A stretch of 64,000 nt of DNA, taken from an uncultured virus (IMG/VR IMGVR_UViG_3300043540_000465) (taxonomy: Duplodnaviria; Heunggongvirae; Uroviricota; Caudoviricetes). Below the pieces are notes generated by a model. That model was not told the origin of the DNA, searched no databases, and saw nothing but the letters and a program-made list of their open reading frames with translations. Positions 27,228 to 35,911 of the stretch are shown one piece after another (within the stretch, counting starts at the first letter, position 1; each line of letters opens with the position of its first letter). The translations under genes and the position numbers were made by a program. The DNA lies in IMG/VR virus record IMGVR_UViG_3300043540_000465; one strand, 5' to 3'.

Positions 27228-30064
27228 GTCGTCCTAAGACTGCCGTCCTCGCCAATCGCCTGTGGGTTGCCAAGCGGCTGGTCAAGCCCCAGCACCTCCA
27301 TCCGTTTCGCTACACCGTACGCGAGCGTGTATGGGACGACATGTTTGGCGCGTTCGTGATCATGGACCGCGAGGTCTGTGCTTATCGCGAGTACGCTACC
27401 AAGGTCGGCTTCCACTGCGGTGATCTGGAGAAGCTGCGGTCCACCTTTCGCGGCTTCACCTTCTACGACGACCGGGCGGCGCCGCGACTACCGCTACGCG
27501 GACGCAAGCTCAAGGTACGGCTCAAACTCCACGCCGAGCAGCGCGCTGCAGTGCGGGCGTGGCTGAAGCGCGGCTACGGCATCATCTTCGCTCCGGTACG
27601 GTGGGGCAAGACCATCGCCGCCGCCGCTGCCGCCTTCAAGCTAGGCCTGCGCACCATCATGATGGTGGACAAGCTCTCGCTAGCGCAGCAGTGGCTCGAC
27701 GAACTTCGTAAGTCCAAGCACACCAACCTGCGCAAGATCGAACGCCAGCTGGGGCGCCCGCTAGCAGGCGTGCTCGCGGGCAGCATCAAGCCCGACGCCC
27801 TGCGCAAGCTCAAGCACTTTCCCCCGCTGACCTTCACCACCTTTCAGTCGATCCACTCGCTACTCAAGCGCCGCCCGAAGTTCATGCGGCGGCACCGTAA
27901 TGATTTCGGCTTGGTAATCGTCGACGAGTGTTTCGTTTCCGGTACGCCAGTGCTACTAGCTGACGGTACTACCAAACCTATTGAGCAGGTCGTTGTTGGT
28001 GATCTGGTGTGGACGCCTGGCGGGCCGCGCCCAGTCAGTAACATCATGCACCGGCGTGGACGTATCTTGGAAGTGGTATCGGATGACGGCAGCAAGGTAT
28101 ACTGTACCGCCAATCATCCGTTTGCTACCGTAAGCGGTACGTTCGTGGCCGGAGGCCACCTCGATGGCTCGCAGGAGATTATCAGGTGCTGCGTGCGCCA
28201 AGTGCGGGAAACCGATGCGTCCAGACAATCGCAGGGATTACCACAAGTATTGCCAACCCGCCGCGTTCCCGCGGGGAAGATGCCCGTACTGTCATCAGCC
28301 AATACTACCAGCAGCACGTGGCGGGCATGCACTGTGTTGCGAGAAGAACCCCCATCGCTTGACAGGTGGGGACGAAGTTTGGAACAAGGGCTTAACTCGC
28401 GCGACAGATGCTCGGGTGGATCGGGTAGCTCGGATGAAAGAGGGTGTGCCTGCGCCGTGGGCACGACGCAACATGCTCAATCACAATCCAATGAAAGACG
28501 AGAAGGTACGACGGAAGGCGCGGCGAGGACTGCTGCGTGCTATTCGGGAGGGTCGTGTAGTACCCTACGGCAATCGGCGACTGTACGGCAACGGGAGATC
28601 CGCTACCCCGCTGGAACGGTAGTGCCAGTCGCGACTGCTGCGCTGGGGCTTCCGGCGCGAGTTAGCAATTCCCACCCATCAATTGTGGGGCCAGGGATAC
28701 CCGACGTGCTACAAGGTGGACTTCGGACACCGCCGGTTGCAGATCGCGGTGGAGATCGACGGCAGCAGTCATCTAAACCGGCGCCATCTGGACCGCAAGA
28801 AGGACCAACTACTGGTGAAGCTAGGATGGTACGTGCTGCGTTTTCCGATTACCGACTTCCCAACGGCGATCTTGTCTGTGGTACGGCATGCCGTGCGCGT
28901 GCGACGCCGATCTCATATGAGGCAGACGTCTTCAATCTAGAAGTAGTTGAGATACCACTCTACGTAGCGGGAGGTTTTCTGGTACATAACTGCCATCATA
29001 CCCCCGCCATCACCTACGCCCACGCCATCTCCTTCTTCAACGCCGCGCACCGCTTGGGCGTGACTGGTTCGATCAAGCGGCGCGACGGCAAGCACATGGT
29101 GATGCACGACATCATGGGACCGGTCACCGGCATTGGTACCCAAGAGCAGATGCCGGTGACGGTCTACCTGCACTTCACCGACGTCAATGTGCGAGCGCAG
29201 ACCTCGTGGACCACCATGATCTCCAATCTGTGTCGCAGCCTGCCGCTGACCGACGCGGTGTTGGAGCAGGTGATCACCGATGCCGAGCAGGGACGCTACG
29301 TCATGGTGCACTCCGAGCGTAATCAGCACTTGGAGGATATGTGCGCCCGCGTACGACGACTGGCGCCGCATCTCAACCCGCAGTTCGTCCACCAAAAGGT
29401 CAAGGTGCCGGTGCGCAAGCAGTACGTGCGGCAGATGGAGCGGGGCAAGATCAAGGTGCTGTTCGTTGGCAACGTGTTCATGGAAGGCATGACCATCAAG
29501 CGGGCCGACTGCTTGCACCTGTTCCCCACCACGACCAACCCCGAGGTGGTGAAGCAGCGTACCGGGCGCGTGCGCACGTTCGTGGCCGGCAAGCCCCGGC
29601 CCATCGTGCGGCTGTGGTGCGTGGGTGGGCACGGTGGCCTGTTTGCGGGCCGGACCGTCCATCTCAAGTACTTCAAGGAGCATCCGCACGACTTCCATAT
29701 GCGGACGGCAACGCTGGCCGAGGTGGTAGGCAACACCGCCACGCGGAAACTTCAGCAACGGGAACGGCGGGCGGCACGCACCTGCAGCCAGTGCCGACGC
29801 TTCATTCGCTGTCGCACCACCAAGCACATTCGCGCGCAAGGATCGGTATGCTCGCGCTTCAAGGAGCACCAGGTACCCGCCCAGCTCAAGCTGCAGTGGT
29901 TGGTGCACCACCGCCATCGACTGAACGAGTACGGCCAGCGGATGATCAGTAGCTTCCGCCGCCAGAGCGCGAAACGGCTGTCGGTGGATCAGTTGCGCAT
30001 CCTGAACGAGGTGTACATGGATCTGCTGAACAACCAGCAGACCACCAAGCTGCCATCCTTGTAA
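27224..30064 (+). CDS. Superfamily 2 (DExH) helicase containing an intein
   Basis: APVRWGKT motif I; VIVDE|CH motif II split by the intein; GVTGS motif III; QRTGRVRT motif VI. Confidence 0.9.
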   Translation: MSRPKTAVLANRLWVAKRLVKPQHLHPFRYTVRERVWDDMFGAFVIMDREVCAYREYATKVGFHCGDLEKLRSTFRGFTFYDDRAAPRLPLRGRKLKVRLKLHAEQRAAVRAWLKRGYGIIFAPVRWGKTIAAAAAAFKLGLRTIMMVDKLSLAQQWLDELRKSKHTNLRKIERQLGRPLAGVLAGSIKPDALRKLKHFPPLTFTTFQSIHSLLKRRPKFMRRHRNDFGLVIVDECFVSGTPVLLADGTTKPIEQVVVGDLVWTPGGPRPVSNIMHRRGRILEVVSDDGSKVYCTANHPFATVSGTFVAGGHLDGSQEIIRCCVRQVRETDASRQSQGLPQVLPTRRVPAGKMPVLSSANTTSSTWRACTVLREEPPSLDRWGRSLEQGLNSRDRCSGGSGSSDERGCACAVGTTQHAQSQSNERREGTTEGAARTAACYSGGSCSTLRQSATVRQREIRYPAGTVVPVATAALGLPARVSNSHPSIVGPGIPDVLQGGLRTPPVADRGGDRRQQSSKPAPSGPQEGPTTGEARMVRAAFSDYRLPNGDLVCGTACRARATPISYEADVFNLEVVEIPLYVAGGFLVHNCHHTPAITYAHAISFFNAAHRLGVTGSIKRRDGKHMVMHDIMGPVTGIGTQEQMPVTVYLHFTDVNVRAQTSWTTMISNLCRSLPLTDAVLEQVITDAEQGRYVMVHSERNQHLEDMCARVRRLAPHLNPQFVHQKVKVPVRKQYVRQMERGKIKVLFVGNVFMEGMTIKRADCLHLFPTTTNPEVVKQRTGRVRTFVAGKPRPIVRLWCVGGHGGLFAGRTVHLKYFKEHPHDFHMRTATLAEVVGNTATRKLQQRERRAARTCSQCRRFIRCRTTKHIRAQGSVCSRFKEHQVPAQLKLQWLVHHRHRLNEYGQRMISSFRRQSAKRLSVDQLRILNEVYMDLLNNQQTTKLPSL
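27929..28990 (+). mobile_element. Intein (354 aa) inserted in the DECH box
   Basis: N-terminal CFVSGTPVLLADG, block B CTANHPF, block F VFNLEV, C-terminal LVHN, +1 residue Cys. Confidence 0.95.
28164..28940 (+). pseudogene. Vsr/DUF559-like endonuclease nested in the +1 frame inside the intein, interrupted by TAG at 28620-28622
   Basis: GGAGG 28151-28155 then ATG 28164; CxxC fingers, VWNKG and NPMK (NUMOD3-like), TPLER*, YKVDFG...IAVEIDGSSH...DRKKDQLLVKLGWYVLRF. Confidence 0.85.
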
Positions 30065-30075
30065 AGTAGAGAGCC

Positions 30076-30696
30076 ATGCCTGAAGACCTGTCGGCGAGCC
30101 GGGACAAGTTCATAGCGCTGTGTCGACGGGCGCACATCCCGTCACAGTACTGGTTCGACAAGAAGTGGCGGCGTGCCCAGCCCAGCTACTACAAGACCAC
30201 CATCGCCTACCACGAGGGTGAGTACGTGCGCCTACGGGAGCACGAGCAGGCGCAGTGGTTGCAGCGATTGGCTACCGACATCACACTGCTCCAGCAGCCA
30301 CACTTCCTGGCCTTCCTGGGCGATCACTTTCCCGACCTCGCTAATCGCGTGGCCTTCGGCTTGCTGGTGCGGGCGCTGCTGCACGGAGATAGGGTACGCG
30401 CGTTCGCCGCCAGCGCGCTCAGCGTGCCGCATGGCGACGCCGTGGACGAGGTGCTGGCGTCCCCGCCCAAATACACCGCGGTGCTGATCCACGGAGCGCA
30501 CACCGACGACGATCAGACGCGTCGGCAAGTCATCCGCGACTTCGTGCAGCTGCATGATCGGGCGCTGCGGCTGCTGGTAATCCACGGTCACGATCCGCTC
30601 ACCTACCTGCACACGGTGCTAGGTCTCAACCCACACGGGGTGTTCTACCTACCCACGCGCGGTACCATCTTCAAGCTAGGCACCGAGAAGCTATAG
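30076..30696 (+). CDS. Hypothetical protein, possibly a degenerate helicase-loader-like fold
   Basis: Lies between the SF2 helicase and DnaB; no intact Walker A. Confidence 0.55.
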   Translation: MPEDLSASRDKFIALCRRAHIPSQYWFDKKWRRAQPSYYKTTIAYHEGEYVRLREHEQAQWLQRLATDITLLQQPHFLAFLGDHFPDLANRVAFGLLVRALLHGDRVRAFAASALSVPHGDAVDEVLASPPKYTAVLIHGAHTDDDQTRRQVIRDFVQLHDRALRLLVIHGHDPLTYLHTVLGLNPHGVFYLPTRGTIFKLGTEKL

Positions 30697-30704
30697 GGGC
30701 ACGC

Positions 30705-30959
30705 ATGTTGTTCATGGGTAATGGTGAGCACTCAAGGGCGAGGTGCTGGAGGCTAGCGAGTACCATGGTCGAGCTACTCATAGGTATAGGTGGCTGGCAG
30801 CAGCGCATGAGCACCAAAGCCCCACTGAGCAAACCGCCGGAATGGGAGGCAGAGCAGCGGCAGTTGCAACACTGGCGAGACCAGGACGAGTTCTTCTTGC
30901 TGGATGTGGCAGCAGCACTGGGCTACGAGTTCCAGGGGCTCAAGCAGGGGAAGAAATGA
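30705..30959 (+). CDS. Hypothetical protein
   Basis: Fills the gap; overlaps the next start. Confidence 0.5.
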   Translation: MLFMGNGEHSRARCWRLASTMVELLIGIGGWQQRMSTKAPLSKPPEWEAEQRQLQHWRDQDEFFLLDVAAALGYEFQGLKQGKK

Positions 30960-31429
30960 TGGCGCACCGGTACCCCGCACCCCACGTCCGCGACACCAGT
31001 CGGGCCGCCTACCACCAGATCCTGCGCGATGGTATGCTGTCGCGATCGCGCCGCCGTGTCTACCAATGGCTGTATCACCATGGCCCTGCGACCGGGCGCC
31101 TAGTCGAGCGCGATGCGGGCTACCGCCATGCCAACAAGCGTCTCCCTGAGCTACGCGACCGCTTGGTGGTGCGCGAGGTGGGCCGGGCTACCTGTCCAGT
31201 CACTGGCAAGGTCGCGATCTGGTGGGATGTTACTAGTAAGCTGCCGGTCGAACCCAAGCGCTACCACGAGTACCGCGTGCTGCTGCGCGTACGCCCCAAG
31301 CAGGATCCGTGGGGTACCGCCAAGCACCTGCACCGCCAGCTGCGGCGCGATCTGCGAGGCGTGCAAGTATCTGCCACGCTCGACGTCACTCTGCGCACGG
31401 TACGCCGCACCGTCGGGACCGTGCTGTAA
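30956..31429 (+). CDS. Winged-HTH-like DNA-binding protein
   Basis: TSRAAY...RVYQWLYHHGPATGRLVE...KRLPELRDRLVVREVG. Confidence 0.55.
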   Translation: MMAHRYPAPHVRDTSRAAYHQILRDGMLSRSRRRVYQWLYHHGPATGRLVERDAGYRHANKRLPELRDRLVVREVGRATCPVTGKVAIWWDVTSKLPVEPKRYHEYRVLLRVRPKQDPWGTAKHLHRQLRRDLRGVQVSATLDVTLRTVRRTVGTVL

Positions 31430-31438
31430 AGTCTACCA

Positions 31439-32785
31439 ATGCGACTGCGTAATCCCCACGCCGAGTTGCAGGCCGTCATCACCATTCTGGACGGTCCCAC
31501 CACAGTCTCGGCCAAGCTGCTAGGTATGGTGCGCGAGGAGCACTTTGGCTACGGCCCTACCCACGAGATCATTACCGCAGTCTATCGACACATCAGCCGC
31601 CGCAAGGCCGACGAACCGGCCGAACTACCGTCGGCGCGTTCGTTTCGGTTCACGCCCGGTCTCAGTGACATCGCCCGCGATCTGCTGGGGCAGAAGCACA
31701 AGCCGGTACGGCACGAGGCTGACATTCCCGCGTTGTACGACACCCTGGAGTACTTTCGCAAGGTGCGAGTACTGCACGGCTTCGTCCGTAATGTCGCCAA
31801 GCAGATGAGCGGCGCGGCCGGAACCGTAGACCTGACCCAGGTGCGTGAAGACATGGTGCAGACCTCCGAGCGGATGATCCTCCGCGACGAGAGCACGGTC
31901 TTTACTCACATCCCCGGCAAGGGCGCAGCCGAGGCGTTCAAGGAGGCGTTGGAGCATACCCAGCTGATATCGTCGCCGTTCAAGAACTTCAACGACATGG
32001 CGGGAGGCTTCGCGCTAGGTGACCTGCACATCCTAGCCTCACATCGTTCCGGCGGCAAGTCAGCTATGCTCAACTGCCTAGCCGACTACTTCTACTCCGA
32101 GCTGAACCTGTCGACCGCCATTGTGCAGTTGGAGATGAGCCGGGCGACCCAGGTGCGTCGCCTGCTGGCGAAGAAGATCAAGTTCAAGCACAGCACACTA
32201 CGGCAGACGCCATGGCATAAGCTAGATAAGGAAACCCGCCGCAACCTGCAAGAGGCCTATCGGGCGCACTACAAGCACGGCGTGAAGCATGGGTGTGCCT
32301 TCGACATCATCACCCCAGGCAACATCTCCGCGATGGGGCTGGAACTGCTGCTGCGGCCGTTCAACTATCGGGTGATCTTGATCGACTATCTCAATTTGAT
32401 GGAGCTGGATGGCCAACCACACGACAACGAGGCGTCTCGCCTTGGTGCTACCGCCAAGGCGTTGAAGCACATGGCCAGACGCCTGAACGCCGCGGTGTTT
32501 GCGTTGACGCAGCTGGACATGGCGGAGGACAAGATCCGATACAGTCGGGCCATTGAGGAGCATGCGGACTTGGTGTGGGCGTGGCGGTGGGGCAAGGAAG
32601 AGCAAGAAGGGGGCAGAGTGACCGCGATCAATCAGATGAAGACCCGGCACTTTGAGCCGTTCGTGTTCTACCTCAAGCCGGTCCTAGACTACATGACGTT
32701 CGAACCGGCGACCGAGGATGAGGTGATGAGCATGACTACGCCCCAGGACAAGAAGTTCACCAAGAGCATGGAAGGGAACATCTAG
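31439..32785 (+). CDS. DnaB-like replicative helicase
   Basis: GFALGDLHILASHRSGGKS, QLEMS, ILIDYLNLM, LKHMARRLNAAVFALTQL, SRAIEEHADLV. Confidence 0.85.
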   Translation: MRLRNPHAELQAVITILDGPTTVSAKLLGMVREEHFGYGPTHEIITAVYRHISRRKADEPAELPSARSFRFTPGLSDIARDLLGQKHKPVRHEADIPALYDTLEYFRKVRVLHGFVRNVAKQMSGAAGTVDLTQVREDMVQTSERMILRDESTVFTHIPGKGAAEAFKEALEHTQLISSPFKNFNDMAGGFALGDLHILASHRSGGKSAMLNCLADYFYSELNLSTAIVQLEMSRATQVRRLLAKKIKFKHSTLRQTPWHKLDKETRRNLQEAYRAHYKHGVKHGCAFDIITPGNISAMGLELLLRPFNYRVILIDYLNLMELDGQPHDNEASRLGATAKALKHMARRLNAAVFALTQLDMAEDKIRYSRAIEEHADLVWAWRWGKEEQEGGRVTAINQMKTRHFEPFVFYLKPVLDYMTFEPATEDEVMSMTTPQDKKFTKSMEGNI

Positions 32786-32786
32786 C

Positions 32787-33374
32787 ATGGCCATCATCGG
32801 CTGTGATATGGACGGCATCCTGGCCGCGCTACTGCCGGTGTGGCTGCAGTGGCACAATGAGCGCTGGCAGCCGTCGGTGACCGTGGACATGATTACCGAG
32901 TGGGACATGACCCGCGTGGTCAGTCCCGACTGTGGGCGGCAGATCCTGACGCTACTGGATGACGTGCGGTTGTACGAACGTGTGCCACCACTCGCGGGAG
33001 CGGTACAAGGCGTCACTCGCCTGTTCGATGCCGGTCACGATCTGGTGGTGGTGACCGACGCGTCGGGCCACGAAGACACCTGCGGCGACAAGATCCGCTG
33101 GCTGCGGCGCCACCTGCCGTGGCTAGCGCGAACCAACATCGGCATCTTTAACCGCAAGGAGCTGATCTGCTTCGACGCGTTGATCGAAGACAACCCCACG
33201 ATGCTGCTGAAGTACCGTCGTCGCTGGCCCGCGGCGACAACGGTGTGCATCGACTACCCATACAACCGCATGGTGCCGGTCGACTATCGGGCGTTGGACT
33301 ACCGCGATCCGGCCGCGGCATGGACTGGTATTGCGGACTTCCTGCTACAACGCTTGCCGCTTGTAAAGTCCTAA
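32787..33374 (+). CDS. 5'(3')-deoxyribonucleotidase (HAD superfamily)
   Basis: DMDGILA, PPLAGAV, KIRWL, DALIEDNP, PYNR. Confidence 0.88.
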   Translation: MAIIGCDMDGILAALLPVWLQWHNERWQPSVTVDMITEWDMTRVVSPDCGRQILTLLDDVRLYERVPPLAGAVQGVTRLFDAGHDLVVVTDASGHEDTCGDKIRWLRRHLPWLARTNIGIFNRKELICFDALIEDNPTMLLKYRRRWPAATTVCIDYPYNRMVPVDYRALDYRDPAAAWTGIADFLLQRLPLVKS

Positions 33375-33398
33375 CACGTCACCAATCACGGAGTTACC

Positions 33399-34712
33399 AT
33401 GAAGTTCACCATCGATACCGCGGAGCTTCGCAGCACGTTCGACGCCATCGGCAGTGCGCTCAAGGCGCTAGACTGGAAGAACACCTGTCTTATCACGGCA
33501 CGTAAGCAGCACGTAGTGGTCGAGGCTTCCGCGGGCGGTGGTTACTTCAAGCGCACGCTGGAGGCCAAGGTGGACGCTGCGGGCGAGATGCAGGTGGCGG
33601 TCAATCACCTACCGGAGTTTCCCGCATCGGCTACTACCTTCGCCCGGGATGGCGCGCGAGTAGGCTTCGTATCGGGTCGCCTGAAAGGCGCCTTCGACGT
33701 GCCGTCGGATGCCGATGCTGTGGATCGGATCGATAAGGCCATCAAGGACGGCATCGTGATCTCGGCGCCGCTGCTGCACCAGCTGATTCGTACCATCCTG
33801 TTCGCCCCGGCCAATCCCGAGATCCCGATTGGCCTGCGGATCTGTACTCGCGCCAAGCACCACGAAGTGAAAGCCGTGGCGTTCGACTCCTACCGGGCTG
33901 CGATCTTCCAGCAGACCTTCTCGCCCGCCAAGGCGCCTCCCAAGTCTGGCAAGGACGAGGACAAGAAGCCTGGCGAGGACAAGAAGCCTGGCGAGGACAA
34001 GAAGCCTGGCGAGGACAAGAAGCCTGGCAAGGGCAAGAAGCCTGGCAAGGGCAAGAAGCCTGGCGAGGACAAGAAGCCTGGCAAGGGCAAGCCCCAGGAT
34101 GAGCCTACGGTAGCGGAACTGCACGCCGAGGTGCTGGACGACGTGGACTACATGTTCACCGCCAGCATGGCCAATGCCATTTACGGGCTGTTCGACGACG
34201 ACATCCACATCGGCGCCACGAAGAAGCTGGCGTGCTTTGCGGATGCGCACACGGTGCTGTTCCTGCCGTACATGGCACCTGACGCGTCGGAAGATGTGGA
34301 CGACTTGATGCAGGATCTGCGGCACCAGAAACCCCGCATCGAGGCGCTGCTCGATCCGCACGCCGCCGAGCAGACCATCGCCCCGGCCTGCTCCATCATC
34401 TCGCGCAAGGAAGGCCTGCTCACGTTGGTGCCGGATGCCAGCAAGGGCGTGCTGGGGGTGCAGGTGGCGTCGGAGTACGCCAAGACCCATACGCAGGTGG
34501 ATCTGCTCAAAGTGAAGATCCGCGATGCCACGCCGTTCGACGTATCCTACGGCTACTTGATGGAGTTCCTGGCCAACATCGCCTGGTACATCACGCCGGC
34601 CGACACCGAGTGTGGTGCCGTGACGCTGCAGGTCTTCAAGAGGTGCCTGACGTTGTCGGTGCCGCAAGCGATCTACGTCATGCCGTTGCGTACCCATAAG
34701 ACCAAGGACTAG
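33399..34712 (+). CDS. DNA polymerase sliding-clamp-like (beta-clamp-like) protein with repeat insertion
   Basis: MKFTIDTAEL start, AVAFDSYRAA, FDVSYGYLMEFL, YVMPLR end resemble beta-clamp landmarks. Confidence 0.6.
   Translation: MKFTIDTAELRSTFDAIGSALKALDWKNTCLITARKQHVVVEASAGGGYFKRTLEAKVDAAGEMQVAVNHLPEFPASATTFARDGARVGFVSGRLKGAFDVPSDADAVDRIDKAIKDGIVISAPLLHQLIRTILFAPANPEIPIGLRICTRAKHHEVKAVAFDSYRAAIFQQTFSPAKAPPKSGKDEDKKPGEDKKPGEDKKPGEDKKPGKGKKPGKGKKPGEDKKPGKGKPQDEPTVAELHAEVLDDVDYMFTASMANAIYGLFDDDIHIGATKKLACFADAHTVLFLPYMAPDASEDVDDLMQDLRHQKPRIEALLDPHAAEQTIAPACSIISRKEGLLTLVPDASKGVLGVQVASEYAKTHTQVDLLKVKIRDATPFDVSYGYLMEFLANIAWYITPADTECGAVTLQVFKRCLTLSVPQAIYVMPLRTHKTKD
33957..34091 (+). repeat. 18-bp tandem repeat encoding EDKKPG/KGKKPG
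   Basis: About seven units of gaggacaagaagcctggc / aagggcaagaagcctggc. Confidence 0.95.
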
Positions 34713-34715
34713 CTC

Positions 34716-35174
34716 GTGCAGCTTTCTGCGCTACTTGAAGCCCCCTGCCACCAGATGCTACCACTGTCGCGACGGCAGTCGGCCTTCTGGTTACGGGTTG
34801 AGGAGGGCACGGCCTTAGCTGAAGCCGCTAGCACGGTCTTGACGCGCGAGATGGTGTACCACTCATCCCGTGTGCGGCTGCAGCGGTACCTGCTAGGACG
34901 ACGCGTGGTGGCCTACGTGCTGTGGTTCCGTCGCCACGGCCAACTGCCGCGCGTGCTGCATCGCGACTGGTACGTCTTGGGGTTCTTCGGGTACAAGGTT
35001 ACCTCACTGCGCATGCTGTACGACGACGGCTATGTGCGCCTGATCAGCGGCGGCAAGTTCAACGTCTTCGCGTTCGTATACTTGCGCATGGAGCGCATCG
35101 CTGCCCCCGACGAGCTGGATGCTCCCAGTAGCGACGAGGCATCGTCGCTGTCCATCTACCGCTCCAACCTGTAG
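34716..35174 (+). CDS. Hypothetical protein
   Basis: Tightly follows the clamp gene. Confidence 0.6.
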   Translation: MQLSALLEAPCHQMLPLSRRQSAFWLRVEEGTALAEAASTVLTREMVYHSSRVRLQRYLLGRRVVAYVLWFRRHGQLPRVLHRDWYVLGFFGYKVTSLRMLYDDGYVRLISGGKFNVFAFVYLRMERIAAPDELDAPSSDEASSLSIYRSNL

Positions 35175-35230
35175 TCTGCTGGAAGCGGGACGTGACCGGC
35201 TTTGTACGTAGTCAACTAGGCTTATAACCC

Positions 35231-35425
35231 ATGCCACGCAAGCTGAACCTACAAGAGGAGTACTCCAAAGCCGATCGCGAACGCGTCCGCGGCATCGTAG
35301 CCCGTATTCGCCAAGAGGATGTGTGTGGCACCTGCCTATGGTTCAACGGCATGTGCTCGTACTACGAGAAGCTGACGGTGCTGACCCCCACGGCGGTGGC
35401 CTGCCAGCACTGGGAGACCCGATGA
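35231..35425 (+). CDS. Small Cys-rich protein
   Basis: CGTC...C...C pattern. Confidence 0.55.
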   Translation: MPRKLNLQEEYSKADRERVRGIVARIRQEDVCGTCLWFNGMCSYYEKLTVLTPTAVACQHWETR

Positions 35426-35679
35426 GTCGCGGCATCTACCTACTGGCCAAGCTGTGCTGCAACAAGACGCGGGTGAAGCTGTTGGCGCAAGCCCCCACGT
35501 TGCTACCCCAGCTGCAGCACGACTTGCAGCAGGCCGTAGACCAGACCGCCGTGACGGTGCTGCGGTACAGTACCAAGGGCACCACGGTAGCGGTGGTATT
35601 GCAGCGCCCCTCCGCTACCGCCCTGCAGCATATCATTCAAGCACTGCGCGCGGCGGGGTACGAGGACTTCCACCAGTGA
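35422..35679 (+). CDS. Hypothetical protein
   Basis: ATGA overlap with the upstream gene. Confidence 0.55.
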   Translation: MSRGIYLLAKLCCNKTRVKLLAQAPTLLPQLQHDLQQAVDQTAVTVLRYSTKGTTVAVVLQRPSATALQHIIQALRAAGYEDFHQ

Positions 35680-35911
35680 AGCCGTCTAGCGCACTGTGCG
35701 AGCCGCTGTCTACGCGCGAGGTGTGTCCCTGTGTCGGCGCCCCAACTACTAGCCGACGCGCCACCACCTAGTGCCCAAGAGTCAGGGTGGCCATAGCACC
35801 GTGTGGTTGTGCCGCGACTGTCATCGTGCGATCCACGTGCTGTTCACTAACCGAGAACTGGAGCAGCAGTACAACACCGTAGCGGTGGCACGCGCCAAGA
35901 GGTGGAACTGA
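35676..35911 (+). pseudogene. HNH endonuclease pseudogene (frameshift plus TAG)
   Basis: ...EVCP / 1-nt loss / LCRRPNY*PTRHHLVPKSQGGHSTVWLCRDCHRAIHVLFTNRELEQQYNT; absent from the ORF track. Confidence 0.75.

Noticed and set aside
35201..35228. Possible sigma70 promoter TTGTAC...TATAAC
   Set aside because: 15-nt spacer and a -10 only 2 nt from the ATG; too weak to call
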